Position numbers and translations under genes: made by a program. A model generated the notes under the pieces. That model searched no databases and was not told the origin of the DNA. It worked only from the letters and a program-made list of their open reading frames with translations. From assembly GCA_016927065.1 (NCBI GenBank), contig JAFGNJ010000027.1:36506-100505 (forward strand): 64,000 nt of DNA. The letters run 5' to 3'. Below are positions 9,206 to 19,240 of this stretch, one piece after another (position 1 is the stretch's first letter; every line of letters begins with the position of its first letter). Source of the DNA: Deltaproteobacteria bacterium (lineage in GTDB: Bacteria; Desulfobacterota; B13-G15; RBG-16-54-18).

Positions 9206-10522
9206 CTATCCCCCTTTCTTTCCCTTGCTTGAAGAGAAGACTCGCTTATATATTACAGTAACATACTTGAGATGGCTATTCAAGTCGAAAACCCCTTGGA
9301 TTTCTTTCACGCTCAGCATAGCGGTGATATCCTTGTCATTCTGGACTAATTGTAGAAAATCCGCTTGCTCTCTCCACGCCCGCATGGCATTACGCTGCAC
9401 CCAGTGGTAGGCATCCCCTCGCGCAACACCCTTCCTGATGAGGGCCAAGAGGAGCTGCTGAGAGGCAATAAGCCCCTTGGTCAGATCGAGGTTCTTCTTC
9501 ATCCGGTCGGGATATACCACCAGTCCCTTGATGATATGGGTGAGCCGAGCAAGCATGTAATCCACGAGGATGGTGCTGTCCGGGGCGATGACTCGCTCCA
9601 CCGAGGAGTGGCTGATGTCCCGTTCGTGCCAGAGGGGGATGTTCTCCAGAGAAGCGAGGGAATTGGCCCTTACCAGTCGGGCCAGGCCGGAGAGATTCTC
9701 CGACCCGATAGGGTTTCTCTTGTGGGGCATGGCTGAAGAGCCCTTTTGACCTTCGGCGAATGGTTCCTCGGCCTCCATGACCTCGGTGCGTTGCAGGTGG
9801 CGGATCTCCACGGCGAACTTTTCTATTGAGGAAGCGATCAACGCCAGGGCCGTGAAGAATTCGGCATGCCTATCCCGTTGGATAATCTGTGAAGAAACGG
9901 GGTCGGGGGTGAGCCCCAGTTTTTTACAGACGTATGCCTCCACAGCCGGAGGGGCGTTGGCAAAGGTGCCCACGGCACCCGATAGTTTGCCCACGCTGAT
10001 GGCTGCGATGGCCCGTTCCATGCGCCCTCGGTTGCGGTGCATCTCCTCGTACCAGAGGGCCATCTTGAGGCCGAAGGTGATGGGCTCGGCGTGCACGCCA
10101 TGGGTCCGGCCGATCATGGCCGTCTCTTTATATTTAAAGGCCTTTTCCTTGATCGCCTCCATGAGGTTATTGATGTCTTCAATGATGATTCGTCCCGCCT
10201 CCCGGAGTCTCAGTGAGAGGGCGGTGTCGACGATATCGTAGGAGGTGAGCCCGAAATGGATATACCTTCCCGCATCGCCCACTGTTTCTTCCAATTGGCC
10301 CACGAAAGCGGCAACGTCGTGTTTGGTCTCGTGCTCGATTTCTTCAATGCGTTGAGTGTCGATGTGCGCCCGTTTTTTGATCTGTTGCACGGCCTCAGAA
10401 GGGATCTCTCCCAGCTCGGCCCAGGCCTCGCAGGCCAAGATCTCCACCTTAAGCCAGGTCTGATATTTATGCTCCTCGCTCCAGAGCGCCCCCATCTTTT
10501 CTCTCGTGTATCGCGAGATCAC
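9206..10522 (-). CDS. purB: adenylosuccinate lyase
   Basis: Fumarate-lyase signature SSAMPHKRNP and TSYDIVDTA motif; 438 aa. Confidence 0.95.
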   Translation of the reverse strand: MISRYTREKMGALWSEEHKYQTWLKVEILACEAWAELGEIPSEAVQQIKKRAHIDTQRIEEIEHETKHDVAAFVGQLEETVGDAGRYIHFGLTSYDIVDTALSLRLREAGRIIIEDINNLMEAIKEKAFKYKETAMIGRTHGVHAEPITFGLKMALWYEEMHRNRGRMERAIAAISVGKLSGAVGTFANAPPAVEAYVCKKLGLTPDPVSSQIIQRDRHAEFFTALALIASSIEKFAVEIRHLQRTEVMEAEEPFAEGQKGSSAMPHKRNPIGSENLSGLARLVRANSLASLENIPLWHERDISHSSVERVIAPDSTILVDYMLARLTHIIKGLVVYPDRMKKNLDLTKGLIASQQLLLALIRKGVARGDAYHWVQRNAMRAWREQADFLQLVQNDKDITAMLSVKEIQGVFDLNSHLKYVTVIYKRVFSSSKGKKGG

Positions 10523-10626
10523 CGTTATCGCTCCTTATCTGTTGATTACTTAACTCTAAGGGAGAAGGGGAGAGTTGTCAATGTGAAAATAGAAAGCGCC
10601 AAGGCATGCCGTTTTATACGGTAACC

Positions 10627-10655
10627 TTGACACCCCTTTGAGGCCCTGTTAGATT
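10627..10655 (+). promoter_or_regulatory. sigma70-like promoter (TTGACA - 17 nt - TAGATT) upstream of the GalT-like operon
   Basis: Hexamers and spacing read directly; about 40 nt upstream of the ATG at 10693. Confidence 0.35.
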
Positions 10656-10692
10656 GTTTTCATTGTGCTGAATCTTTCAGAGGAGTTGCAGA

Positions 10693-11718
10693 ATGGGAAT
10701 AGCCTTTAAGGGACGGTTCCAAAACGCGAAAATCTTGGATCCGAAAACGGGATATGAAGAAACAACACTAACCTTGGAAACGAGGTGGGACCCCCTGACG
10801 AAGCGGTCGGTAAGGGTCCTCGATCTCCCCATTAAAAAGCTTGCTACCATGGATATTGATGAAATTCTGAAAAGGGCAGAGGATATTCCGTGTCCCTTTT
10901 GCCCCGATGCTTTGGACGAGGTCACCCCCCGTTTTCCGAATGATTTCATCGAGGGGGGGAGGCTGTGCTTTGGCGAGGTCTGTATTATCCCCAATAGACT
11001 TCCCTTTGATCGATACTGTGCCGTCGTTGTGCTCACTCATCAGCACTATGTTCCTCTCGTCGATTTTACCGAGGAGCAGCTTTTTAACGGGTTTTCCACC
11101 GCCTGTGTCTTCCTGCGCAGGCTCGTAGAGGTGGATTCCTCGGTACGCTTCTTTTCCATCAACTGGAATTATCTCCCCATGTCGGGGGGGAGCATTATCC
11201 ATCCCCACCTTCAAATCATTGGGGGAGATCTCCCGACACACTACCAAGGAGAGATGATCCGGGGGGCGAGGGAATATCGCCAGCAATGGGAAGCTTCTTT
11301 TTGGGATGAGTTAATCGCTAAGGAAAAGGAACTTGGAGAGCGTTATATTGGTGCTGTCGGCAATACGGTGTGGCTGGCGAGCTATGCGCCGTTTGGCTTG
11401 GGTGATACTATGGCCGTTTTTCGTGAACGGACTTCCCTTCTCAATCTCACTGATCAGGATCTGAGAGATTTTACCCAAGGTCTGCTCAAGGTTTTCCGGT
11501 ATTATCAGGAATTCAATTACTATAGTTTCAACCTTAGTCTCTATTCTGGTGAATACGGCGGTGATGACTCCTTTTGGGTAAACGCCAGGATGCTGGCAAG
11601 GAGGTTATTGCCTCCGGTGGGGGCGAGCGATGTCAGTTACTTTGAGAAGTTGCACGGGGAGCCGATCGCATACAAAAGACCTGAACGGCAGTGCGAGGAG
11701 ATGCGAGGGTATTTCTAG
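10693..11718 (+). CDS. GalT-like HIT-superfamily nucleotidyltransferase (galactose-1-phosphate uridylyltransferase family)
   Basis: CPFC zinc-site motif and HPH active-site motif (SIIHPHLQIIGG). Confidence 0.7.
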   Translation: MGIAFKGRFQNAKILDPKTGYEETTLTLETRWDPLTKRSVRVLDLPIKKLATMDIDEILKRAEDIPCPFCPDALDEVTPRFPNDFIEGGRLCFGEVCIIPNRLPFDRYCAVVVLTHQHYVPLVDFTEEQLFNGFSTACVFLRRLVEVDSSVRFFSINWNYLPMSGGSIIHPHLQIIGGDLPTHYQGEMIRGAREYRQQWEASFWDELIAKEKELGERYIGAVGNTVWLASYAPFGLGDTMAVFRERTSLLNLTDQDLRDFTQGLLKVFRYYQEFNYYSFNLSLYSGEYGGDDSFWVNARMLARRLLPPVGASDVSYFEKLHGEPIAYKRPERQCEEMRGYF

Positions 11719-11919
11719 AGACTGTTTTTAGATGCCTGTTGAAAAGTGTTCCGTGGAACAGCAGCCCTCAATATCCGTAGCATCGTGGCGTTCTTCACTA
11801 CCTACGGCCTTGAGTTTAGATGAATTCCCCTCTCCTCGAAACGGCATGACATTGCTGCTGTCAGGGGTGGGGCAAGGACGATCCCTCAGGGGGTTGTTCC
11901 CGTTGCAGGGGAGCGAAAG

Positions 11920-13032
11920 ATGATATTACCCAACGAGGTCTATGTAGATTCCGCTTTGGAGACTCATCCGGTTGTCCATCGGATACGGCAAGGGCTTGAT
12001 CATCTCCCGTGGCATTCCCGAGGCGATCTCGACAGGGTGATTCAGGATGTCCTCTCCTACCAATCGGATCCCTGTGCTGCGGGGAAACAAATTCTCTGTA
12101 TCCGACCTTACCAGGGAAAACTGGTGAAGGATTGCCCTGGGACCATAGGGCACATCTGCTGCGGCTACAAGATCATCAACGTCATGACCAATTGCCCCCT
12201 CGATTGTTCGTACTGCATCCTCCAAACCTATTTGAACAACCCCTGTCTGACACTCTATCCAGAATTCACACGAATTTTCAGTGAAATAGACGAGATCCTG
12301 GATGCGCATCCTCATCGGATCTTTAGGTTTGGCACGGGGGAATTGGGGGACAGCCTGGCCCTCGATGGTATCGTCCGTTTTGCCGATGAGGCCGTCCCCC
12401 TTTTCGCTCGAAAGCTAAACGCGATCTTTGAGATCAAGACCAAGGCCTGTTCAGTGGATCACCTCCTTACCCTGAACCATGGGGGAAGGACCGTGTGCTC
12501 CTGGTCCCTCAATCCACCAACTGTGATAGAAGGAGAAGAGCATAGGGCAGCCTCCCTTGAGGAACGTTTGCGGGCGGCAAGCCGCTGCGCTGATGCGGGG
12601 TATCACGTGGGATTTCACTTTGACCCCCTCATCGCTTATCCGGGATGGGATGATGACTATCGCAGGGTGGTGGACCTCCTCTTTGAGCACATCGAACCCT
12701 GCAGGGCCATCTGGGTGAGTCTCGGTGCACTGCGCTGTTCCACCTCACTGAAACAGGTAGCCCAAGAGCGATTCCCGACCTCGCGTATATTCTCCGGCGA
12801 GTTGATACGGGGCGAGGATGGAAAGTTACGCTACCTCAAGCCCCTCAGGGTAGCGATGTACCGGCATATGGTCTCGTGGCTGAGATCCTATGACGCGGAA
12901 CTCTTTATTTATCTTTGTATGGAGCGGGATGACGTCTGGCAGGAGGTCTTCGGCACCAGCCCGGGGAGCACCGCGGGTCTCAACAGCTGGTTTGAGGAAC
13001 GCGTTCGGCAATTCACCGAAGGTGGACAATGA
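11920..13032 (+). CDS. radical SAM protein, spore photoproduct lyase (SplB) family
   Basis: CPLDCSYC radical SAM cysteine triad (CxxxCxxC) in SplB-like context. Confidence 0.75.
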   Translation: MILPNEVYVDSALETHPVVHRIRQGLDHLPWHSRGDLDRVIQDVLSYQSDPCAAGKQILCIRPYQGKLVKDCPGTIGHICCGYKIINVMTNCPLDCSYCILQTYLNNPCLTLYPEFTRIFSEIDEILDAHPHRIFRFGTGELGDSLALDGIVRFADEAVPLFARKLNAIFEIKTKACSVDHLLTLNHGGRTVCSWSLNPPTVIEGEEHRAASLEERLRAASRCADAGYHVGFHFDPLIAYPGWDDDYRRVVDLLFEHIEPCRAIWVSLGALRCSTSLKQVAQERFPTSRIFSGELIRGEDGKLRYLKPLRVAMYRHMVSWLRSYDAELFIYLCMERDDVWQEVFGTSPGSTAGLNSWFEERVRQFTEGGQ

Positions 13033-14003
13033 CCACAGCGGTGGGCCTCATCTCAGGGGGACTCGACAGCATCCTGGCTGCACGACTCATCCTCGAACAG
13101 GGGATTAAGATTCAAGGGGTGTCGTTCATCACCCCTTTTTTCAATTCCAAAGGCGCGGAGCGGGCAGCCCAGGCAGTGGGTATTCCCCTCCAGGTCCTGG
13201 ATATTACCGAGCCCCACCTTGCCATGTTGCGTAAACCCAAACATGGATACGGCAACAACATGAACCCTTGCATAGACTGTCATATACTCATGCTCAAAGA
13301 GGCGGGGAGGGTGATGGAAGAGGGAGGATATGATTTCCTCTTTACCGGCGAGGTGCTAGGACAGCGCCCCATGTCCCAGAACAAGGCTTCCTTGCGGGTT
13401 GTAGAGCGGGAGTCGGGGTATGAGGGGTTGGTCCTGCGTCCGCTCAGCGCCCAGCTCCTTCCCGAGACCATGCCGGAGCACGCAGGAAAGGTCGACAGGG
13501 AACAGCTTGTGGGGATCAAAGGGCGCTCCCGGAAGGAGCAGATGGAGTTGGCCAAGCGATACCATATTACGGAGTATCTCTCACCTGCCGGAGGGTGCCT
13601 CCTTACCGATCCTATCTTTTCCCGTCGCCTGGGGGATCTCTTCCGGCGTCCTGAGCCAGTCCAGATCAGGGACATAGAACTCCTGAAGATCGGCCGGCAC
13701 CTACGCCTTTCCCCTGCGGTGAAGCTGATCGTGGGGAGGCACGCACAGGACAATGAAAGGATATCGACGATGGTTATTCCCAAAGATGATCTCCTCAAGG
13801 TGGAAAAATACCCTGGCCCCCTCTGCCTCATCCCGTATGGCGGTGCATCAGAGGATATCGCACAGGCCGCCTCCATTTGTCTGAGATACAGTGATGCCCC
13901 CTCGGATGAAGAAGTGACGGTGTTGCGAAGAAGGGGAGGGGAGGAATGCCGGATAAAGGCGCGATCGTGCCCTGTGTCCTTACCTTCAGAGTTGATGATT
14001 TAG
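13029..14003 (+). CDS. PP-loop ATP pyrophosphatase, MnmA/ThiI-like tRNA thiolation family
   Basis: PP-loop SGGLDS near N-terminus, NPCIDCH cysteine motif; 4-nt overlap with upstream radical SAM gene. Confidence 0.7.
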   Translation: MTTAVGLISGGLDSILAARLILEQGIKIQGVSFITPFFNSKGAERAAQAVGIPLQVLDITEPHLAMLRKPKHGYGNNMNPCIDCHILMLKEAGRVMEEGGYDFLFTGEVLGQRPMSQNKASLRVVERESGYEGLVLRPLSAQLLPETMPEHAGKVDREQLVGIKGRSRKEQMELAKRYHITEYLSPAGGCLLTDPIFSRRLGDLFRRPEPVQIRDIELLKIGRHLRLSPAVKLIVGRHAQDNERISTMVIPKDDLLKVEKYPGPLCLIPYGGASEDIAQAASICLRYSDAPSDEEVTVLRRRGGEECRIKARSCPVSLPSELMI

Positions 14004-14071
14004 AAAAAAGATTCAACATATTTTTTTTGAGTCGTAACATACAGGATAAGTTAAAAGGGAGGTGTAGCAGC

Positions 14072-15406
14072 ATGGGGAAACAGTCTATTCTCGGATATGC
14101 TTTGATGATCTTTTTTGTAGCCGTTCTTTGCCTCCCTGCCTCTTCCGCAGGCAGCGATCCGTGTTGTCCGCTCAACGAGGAACTGAGATATCTCCTCCAG
14201 CCTCCATCAGAGGTCCGGTTCTCTTATCAAGTCCGTCATGAGACCTTTTTTTCCGCTTCTTTGGGAAAGGAGAAGAATTTTTTTCTCATCCTCCCTCCCG
14301 AATTTGATCCCCAGTCAGCTGAGCGATACCCTCTCCTTATACTTTTACATGGGTACGATTTTCACCGCAACGGAGGGGGGACGGTGTGCGATCCCAAGGC
14401 CGCCCTTGATATCCTGTGCCGCGAGGCGGAGGAGGAATATCACTGGCTCCTCTGGGAGGAGATCGCCCCTATTGCCGCAGCCATGATGGCAGAACGGAAT
14501 AAGACTTATAAGGACCTCAAGGAGGATTTGCAGGCTCGCTTCGAAGAACTTACGCACTATGGTGGCCTGGGAGCACAGGATTCCAGCCCCGCTGATATCG
14601 CCGTCTCATTGGTTGAGCACAACCTCCACCCTTTCGGCGGCATCGATGATTCCTTTCATCCTATCCGCAAGATGATCATCCTGCTCCCTGATGGCGATAA
14701 CAGCTTTTATACGGACGAGGACGAAAGAAAAGGTCTCTTTCCCCCTACCAGCAACAGAGGCGCATGCGATGTCTTCTACCCAGAGGAGTGCCTGAGGATT
14801 ATAAACGTTCCCCGTCGTTACATGCGGCCCGGTGCGTTGGGGAGATACGAGAGTTATATTATTGAGTTGATGGAGTACCTCCGCAATAAATCCTCTCTGA
14901 AAGGCAAACTCTTTCCACCTCCGCATACAGGGATCGGCGGTTTCTCTATGGGGGGATTCGGCGCCTTGCAGATCGCCCTGCGGCATTCTGAATTGTTCCG
15001 CTCGGTGAGCAGCCAGAGCGGGTTGGTCGATATAGAGCTTCTCACGAACAAGGTAGTTCTTAAGACTACAATGCCCGAGTTCTTGGAGGTCTTTGGTTAT
15101 CTTGCACCTTTGGCCCTTCCGAGCAGCTCGACAATCAATGAGGCCTATCGGAGGGCCCACAACCCGGTGCGCCTGATCAGAGAAGGCAAGGGAAAAGAGT
15201 TATGGGCAAAAATTTATTTCGACTATGGGTCAGGGGAGCGTCTGTCGTCCATCATGGATGGGAACAAGAGATTAGAAGAGGTCCTCGGCGTCAACGGTCG
15301 GATGATCTCAGTACAATCCTATAATGGAAAAGCGGGACACAATTACCTCTTTTGGCGGTCGAGGTTGGGGAACGTGCTCGAACACCACTCGCGGTGTTTG
15401 AGGTAA
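14072..15406 (+). CDS. secreted alpha/beta-hydrolase fold esterase
   Basis: Signal peptide MGKQSILGYALMIFFVAVLCLPASSA; nucleophile elbow GFSMGGFGA; longest ORF from 13946 overlaps upstream gene. Confidence 0.7.
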   Translation: MGKQSILGYALMIFFVAVLCLPASSAGSDPCCPLNEELRYLLQPPSEVRFSYQVRHETFFSASLGKEKNFFLILPPEFDPQSAERYPLLILLHGYDFHRNGGGTVCDPKAALDILCREAEEEYHWLLWEEIAPIAAAMMAERNKTYKDLKEDLQARFEELTHYGGLGAQDSSPADIAVSLVEHNLHPFGGIDDSFHPIRKMIILLPDGDNSFYTDEDERKGLFPPTSNRGACDVFYPEECLRIINVPRRYMRPGALGRYESYIIELMEYLRNKSSLKGKLFPPPHTGIGGFSMGGFGALQIALRHSELFRSVSSQSGLVDIELLTNKVVLKTTMPEFLEVFGYLAPLALPSSSTINEAYRRAHNPVRLIREGKGKELWAKIYFDYGSGERLSSIMDGNKRLEEVLGVNGRMISVQSYNGKAGHNYLFWRSRLGNVLEHHSRCLR

Positions 15407-15410
15407 TATC

Positions 15411-16079
15411 TTATCTCTTTTTATACTCCTTTCTGATTTGCTTCATATCCTCCCACACATGCTTCTTGAACTGTGGATTTCGCAGGAGGAAGGCGGGGTG
15501 GTAGGTGGGCATGAGTTTGGCGCCGTGGTACGAGTGAAAACGTCCCCTGAGGGCGGATATTTTTTCTTCGGTCTCCAAGAGAGTCTGGGCCGCGAAGGTT
15601 CCTAAAGCGCAGATGATCTTGGGTCGGATGACTTCCAGCTGCTTGAGGAGAAAGGGGAGACAGGCTTGAATCTCATCGGGTCGGGGATCGCGGTTGTTTG
15701 GGGGGCGGCATTTCACGATGTTGGCAATGTATACCTCCTCCCTCGTCAGGTCGATGGCCTCGATGATGCGGGTGAGAAGTTCACCGGCCCTGCCGACAAA
15801 GGGCTTGCCCTGCAGATCCTCGTCTCTGCCAGGCCCCTCTCCAACAAAGACGAGGCGGGCGTGGGGGGTTCCTTCGCCGAAGACCAGATGGTTTCTCCCC
15901 TCATGGAGCCGGCACCTCGTGCACTCTCCTATTTCCCGTCTTACTACATTGAGATCCAGCACGGGTCTTTTTTTCTTTTGAGAAAGGAGGGTATTGATCC
16001 CCAGTTCCTTCTGATATCTCAGATGCCCCTTTATCTGGGTGACGATCTGCCTTAATTCGCGATGGATGTCTTCTTTCAT
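15411..16079 (-). CDS. uracil-DNA glycosylase, family 4
   Basis: Motifs GEGPGRDEDLQGKPFVGRAG and CRPPNNR; Cys cluster CTRC. Confidence 0.9.
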   Translation of the reverse strand: MKEDIHRELRQIVTQIKGHLRYQKELGINTLLSQKKKRPVLDLNVVRREIGECTRCRLHEGRNHLVFGEGTPHARLVFVGEGPGRDEDLQGKPFVGRAGELLTRIIEAIDLTREEVYIANIVKCRPPNNRDPRPDEIQACLPFLLKQLEVIRPKIICALGTFAAQTLLETEEKISALRGRFHSYHGAKLMPTYHPAFLLRNPQFKKHVWEDMKQIRKEYKKR

Positions 16080-16083
16080 CTTT

Positions 16084-17277
16084 TTATACTTCTATCAACT
16101 CTTCATCTGCTGGTGTGAGCTTTTCAACCCCATGCTGACGGACGACAAAGGTATTCTCTATCCCTACGGCCCCCTCGGAGGGGAAGACCATCTTAGGCTC
16201 CAAGGCGAAGGTCATCCCCTCTTCTAGAGGATAGTCATGCCCCTGAGCGATGAAAGGGTATTCGTCGATCTCCAGGCCGATGCCGTGGCCGATGAACCGG
16301 GTTTTATGACCGGGAGGTCCCATGAAGTATTCTTTATAGCCCAATTCCTCGGCCACCTCCCACCCCCTGTGAAAGAGTTCTTGGCAGGAAATCCCTGGTC
16401 TGGCTATGGCTGCGACCTCGGTCTCTATTTGACGTGCGGCACGATAGGCATCCTTAAACTTTTGAGGAAGCTTTCCCAAGCAGAACATCCTGGTTTCGTC
16501 AATTTGATATCCATTGTAACAAATCCCGAAGTCGATAAGGATAGGTTCATGAGCCTTAATCGGTTTCAGGCTGGCCCCTACAGGAAAAGCGGGAGAGAGT
16601 CCCTTCCCCCCCATAGGGGCGTCGATAAAGCTTAGCTCTCCGCCTGTGAAACCGCTCAGTACATGCCATGAAAAGGCGTAAGAATTAAAAGACCTCATAC
16701 GGAGGTAGTTTTGATGTCCATGCCGCATGGCTACGGCCAACAAGAGGCCGGCGAGTTCTATTTCCATCATTCCCTCCTTGAGGATGTGCGGCACCTCGGC
16801 GTAGACGATCTTGCCGATCTCACCCGCTTGTTTCATTTGTTTGGTCTCATAAGGGGATTTTATTTTTCTGATCGCCCTGATCATGGATGATGAATCGGTG
16901 ATTGCAACCCCGGAAAATATCTTTTGCAGACGCATATACTCTTTGACCGGAAGGACATCGAGCTCTATGCCGATTGTGCGTGGGACACCACCATGATGAT
17001 CCTCTATGAGGGATGGTATTTCGTTCCATGAGTTGAGAGGAAGCACCTGTTCCACTGCCGATTCCCTCTGGGCACGCTCACCGTATTTTTTGACCATGAG
17101 AATCTCCTTGCCTGTCTGTGGGACGAACAGCAGGGCGTTCTGCATGGTGCCGGAGAAATAGAGGAGGTCCACATCCTGCACGATCAGGGCCGCGGCCCAC
17201 CCCCTCTGATCCAATTCAGTTCGCAATTTCTGTAATCTTCTCTTTATCTCTTCCGCAGGGACATAGTTTTTTTTCAT
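16084..17277 (-). CDS. M24 family metallopeptidase (Xaa-Pro aminopeptidase / creatinase fold)
   Basis: HGIGLEIDEYP metal-binding motif, pita-bread fold length. Confidence 0.85.
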   Translation of the reverse strand: MKKNYVPAEEIKRRLQKLRTELDQRGWAAALIVQDVDLLYFSGTMQNALLFVPQTGKEILMVKKYGERAQRESAVEQVLPLNSWNEIPSLIEDHHGGVPRTIGIELDVLPVKEYMRLQKIFSGVAITDSSSMIRAIRKIKSPYETKQMKQAGEIGKIVYAEVPHILKEGMMEIELAGLLLAVAMRHGHQNYLRMRSFNSYAFSWHVLSGFTGGELSFIDAPMGGKGLSPAFPVGASLKPIKAHEPILIDFGICYNGYQIDETRMFCLGKLPQKFKDAYRAARQIETEVAAIARPGISCQELFHRGWEVAEELGYKEYFMGPPGHKTRFIGHGIGLEIDEYPFIAQGHDYPLEEGMTFALEPKMVFPSEGAVGIENTFVVRQHGVEKLTPADEELIEV

Positions 17278-17474
17278 TAATACATCTCACTCGTACCGGA
17301 TAAGACCATACTTTTTCTTAGCCCCATCTGTCAACTTTTTTTCTAACGGCAGGGATGGAAGGATTTTTTCTCAAACCTTTATCGTTGACAAGAAAGAGAT
17401 AGCGTGATACATTTTTGTGCAGTTATCTTACATTTTCCGTATAATTAACGCTGTTGCTTATCGAACTTCTTTAG

Positions 17475-18851
17475 GTGGAGATCGTGGACATAAACGAAAG
17501 ACAAGTATTACAAACCGTGCGATCTTCCGACTTTCCTGATGCGACGTTCTATCAGCATCTTTCTCTCGGCACAAAAAAATTCCACAATAAGGAGTATGAG
17601 AAGGCCATCAGTGAATGGCAGGAGGCTGCCAAGCTTCGTCCTGATTTTTCAGAAATGACGGCTCTATCGGAATCCGCCTCTTTTCGGAGCAGACTTGATG
17701 ATGTCCCTCTGTTGGGACTTTTATATATACTGTTCTCCTATGCTTTCACCGGCGTGGCCTCCATTCACAGTGAGGATACCCACAAAGAGGTATTTTTTAA
17801 AGAGGGGTGGATCGTTTTCGCCCGTACCACCAGATCTGAAGAGCGTCTCGGCAATTTTCTGAGCCGGAGAGAATACCTTGCTTCATTCAATATGGAGGAT
17901 GTTGTTACACAGGCTAAGGAAAGTGGGGAGAAGCTCGGCACGTTCTTGGTAAAAGGTGGTTTGCTCTCTGAAAAAGAGCTTCTCGAATTATTGGATTTCC
18001 AAATCAAAGAAATTCTTGCCGACCTTTTTTCATGGAATGAAGGAGAGTTTTTTTTCGAACAAGGAGAGGTGTCAGAGGATGATGTGGTGGTAAGTTACAC
18101 CCCCCTGGACATAGCACTCTTTACCGCCAGGAGGGCCCTTGATTTCTCCACGTTCAGAAGGATGATCCCTAATAATAAGATCATCTTTCGTATTCCCCCC
18201 TACATTGAGAATGACAAAACGAGGGTTATGGAAGAACTCGATGCCAATGAGAAGTTCATTTTTTCCTTGATAGATGGCAACAGGAATGTTGACCAGCTGA
18301 TTAAGTTTAGCGGGGATGAGGAAATCTCAGTTATTAATATTCTCTATCGTTTGGTGCTGATGGGCCTTACTAAAAAGACGAAGGATATCGGCACATATGA
18401 AGACAAAGAATTTGCGGAGGTTTCCCGATTTTTGAGGACCTTTTTAGAGGTCTTCAGGCTGGTGTTGGACGGTTTAAAAAAGGAATTGGGGGCTAGGAGT
18501 AGAGGGGTGATAGATAAGGCCCTGGAACAATTGACTGTAGACTATGGCAAGCTATTTCAGGGGGTAGCGATAGACAAAATCCTCCCCCCAGATGAAAACA
18601 AGATCCTCAAGAATATTTCCCTCTACTATCCAGACCCGTCTGAACGTGCGATCTTTATTGATGGTTTTTACACATTAATAAAAAATATTTTACAAGAGAT
18701 GGCCTCTATACTAGGGATGCCCCTGACAAAACGAGTGGTTGCGGAGATCGGTAGGATCAGATGGGACATCTATCGATTTTACACCGATTCACCCATGAAA
18801 AGAAAGGTACTGGAGGCCTTTGATAAAATCGTAGCTCAGTATCCCAAGTGA
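17475..18851 (+). CDS. hypothetical protein with DUF4388-like domains
   Basis: Repeated pattern resembling DUF4388 (GWIVFARTT...GNFL...GLLSEKELLELL); GTG start. Confidence 0.55.
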   Translation: MEIVDINERQVLQTVRSSDFPDATFYQHLSLGTKKFHNKEYEKAISEWQEAAKLRPDFSEMTALSESASFRSRLDDVPLLGLLYILFSYAFTGVASIHSEDTHKEVFFKEGWIVFARTTRSEERLGNFLSRREYLASFNMEDVVTQAKESGEKLGTFLVKGGLLSEKELLELLDFQIKEILADLFSWNEGEFFFEQGEVSEDDVVVSYTPLDIALFTARRALDFSTFRRMIPNNKIIFRIPPYIENDKTRVMEELDANEKFIFSLIDGNRNVDQLIKFSGDEEISVINILYRLVLMGLTKKTKDIGTYEDKEFAEVSRFLRTFLEVFRLVLDGLKKELGARSRGVIDKALEQLTVDYGKLFQGVAIDKILPPDENKILKNISLYYPDPSERAIFIDGFYTLIKNILQEMASILGMPLTKRVVAEIGRIRWDIYRFYTDSPMKRKVLEAFDKIVAQYPK

Positions 18852-18881
18852 TACTAACACAAACGGAAAGGGGATAGATAT

Positions 18882-19175
18882 ATGATGATGCCCATGTATC
18901 TGACGGATGTAGTCCTTTCGCTTTGTCTGATGTTGGCTGTTTATTTGATTATTATGATCGTCTTCCTTTTTGCTCGGAGGAAATATAAGGGTGGATTGAT
19001 AGAGACGGTAATTAACCTGGTTATCTGTACCGTAGGTTTTCTGTTTGTGGCGGATTTTTCGCTCTTTTTGAGCTTTCAGTATGGCCTCAAACTTGCTTTT
19101 ACCATCCATGTTATTTTCAAGATCATCTCTATGATCTTTCTCTCGGTAGGGGGTATGAAGTTCTTTGTAAAATGA
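18882..19175 (+). CDS. small integral membrane protein
   Basis: 97 aa, three hydrophobic helices; AT-rich coding. Confidence 0.4.
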   Translation: MMMPMYLTDVVLSLCLMLAVYLIIMIVFLFARRKYKGGLIETVINLVICTVGFLFVADFSLFLSFQYGLKLAFTIHVIFKIISMIFLSVGGMKFFVK

Positions 19176-19240
19176 GGTCTCATCCCTCGATGATAAAATC
19201 GTATTGATTTTTACTCCCTTCTCCCGTAACATATTACTCT

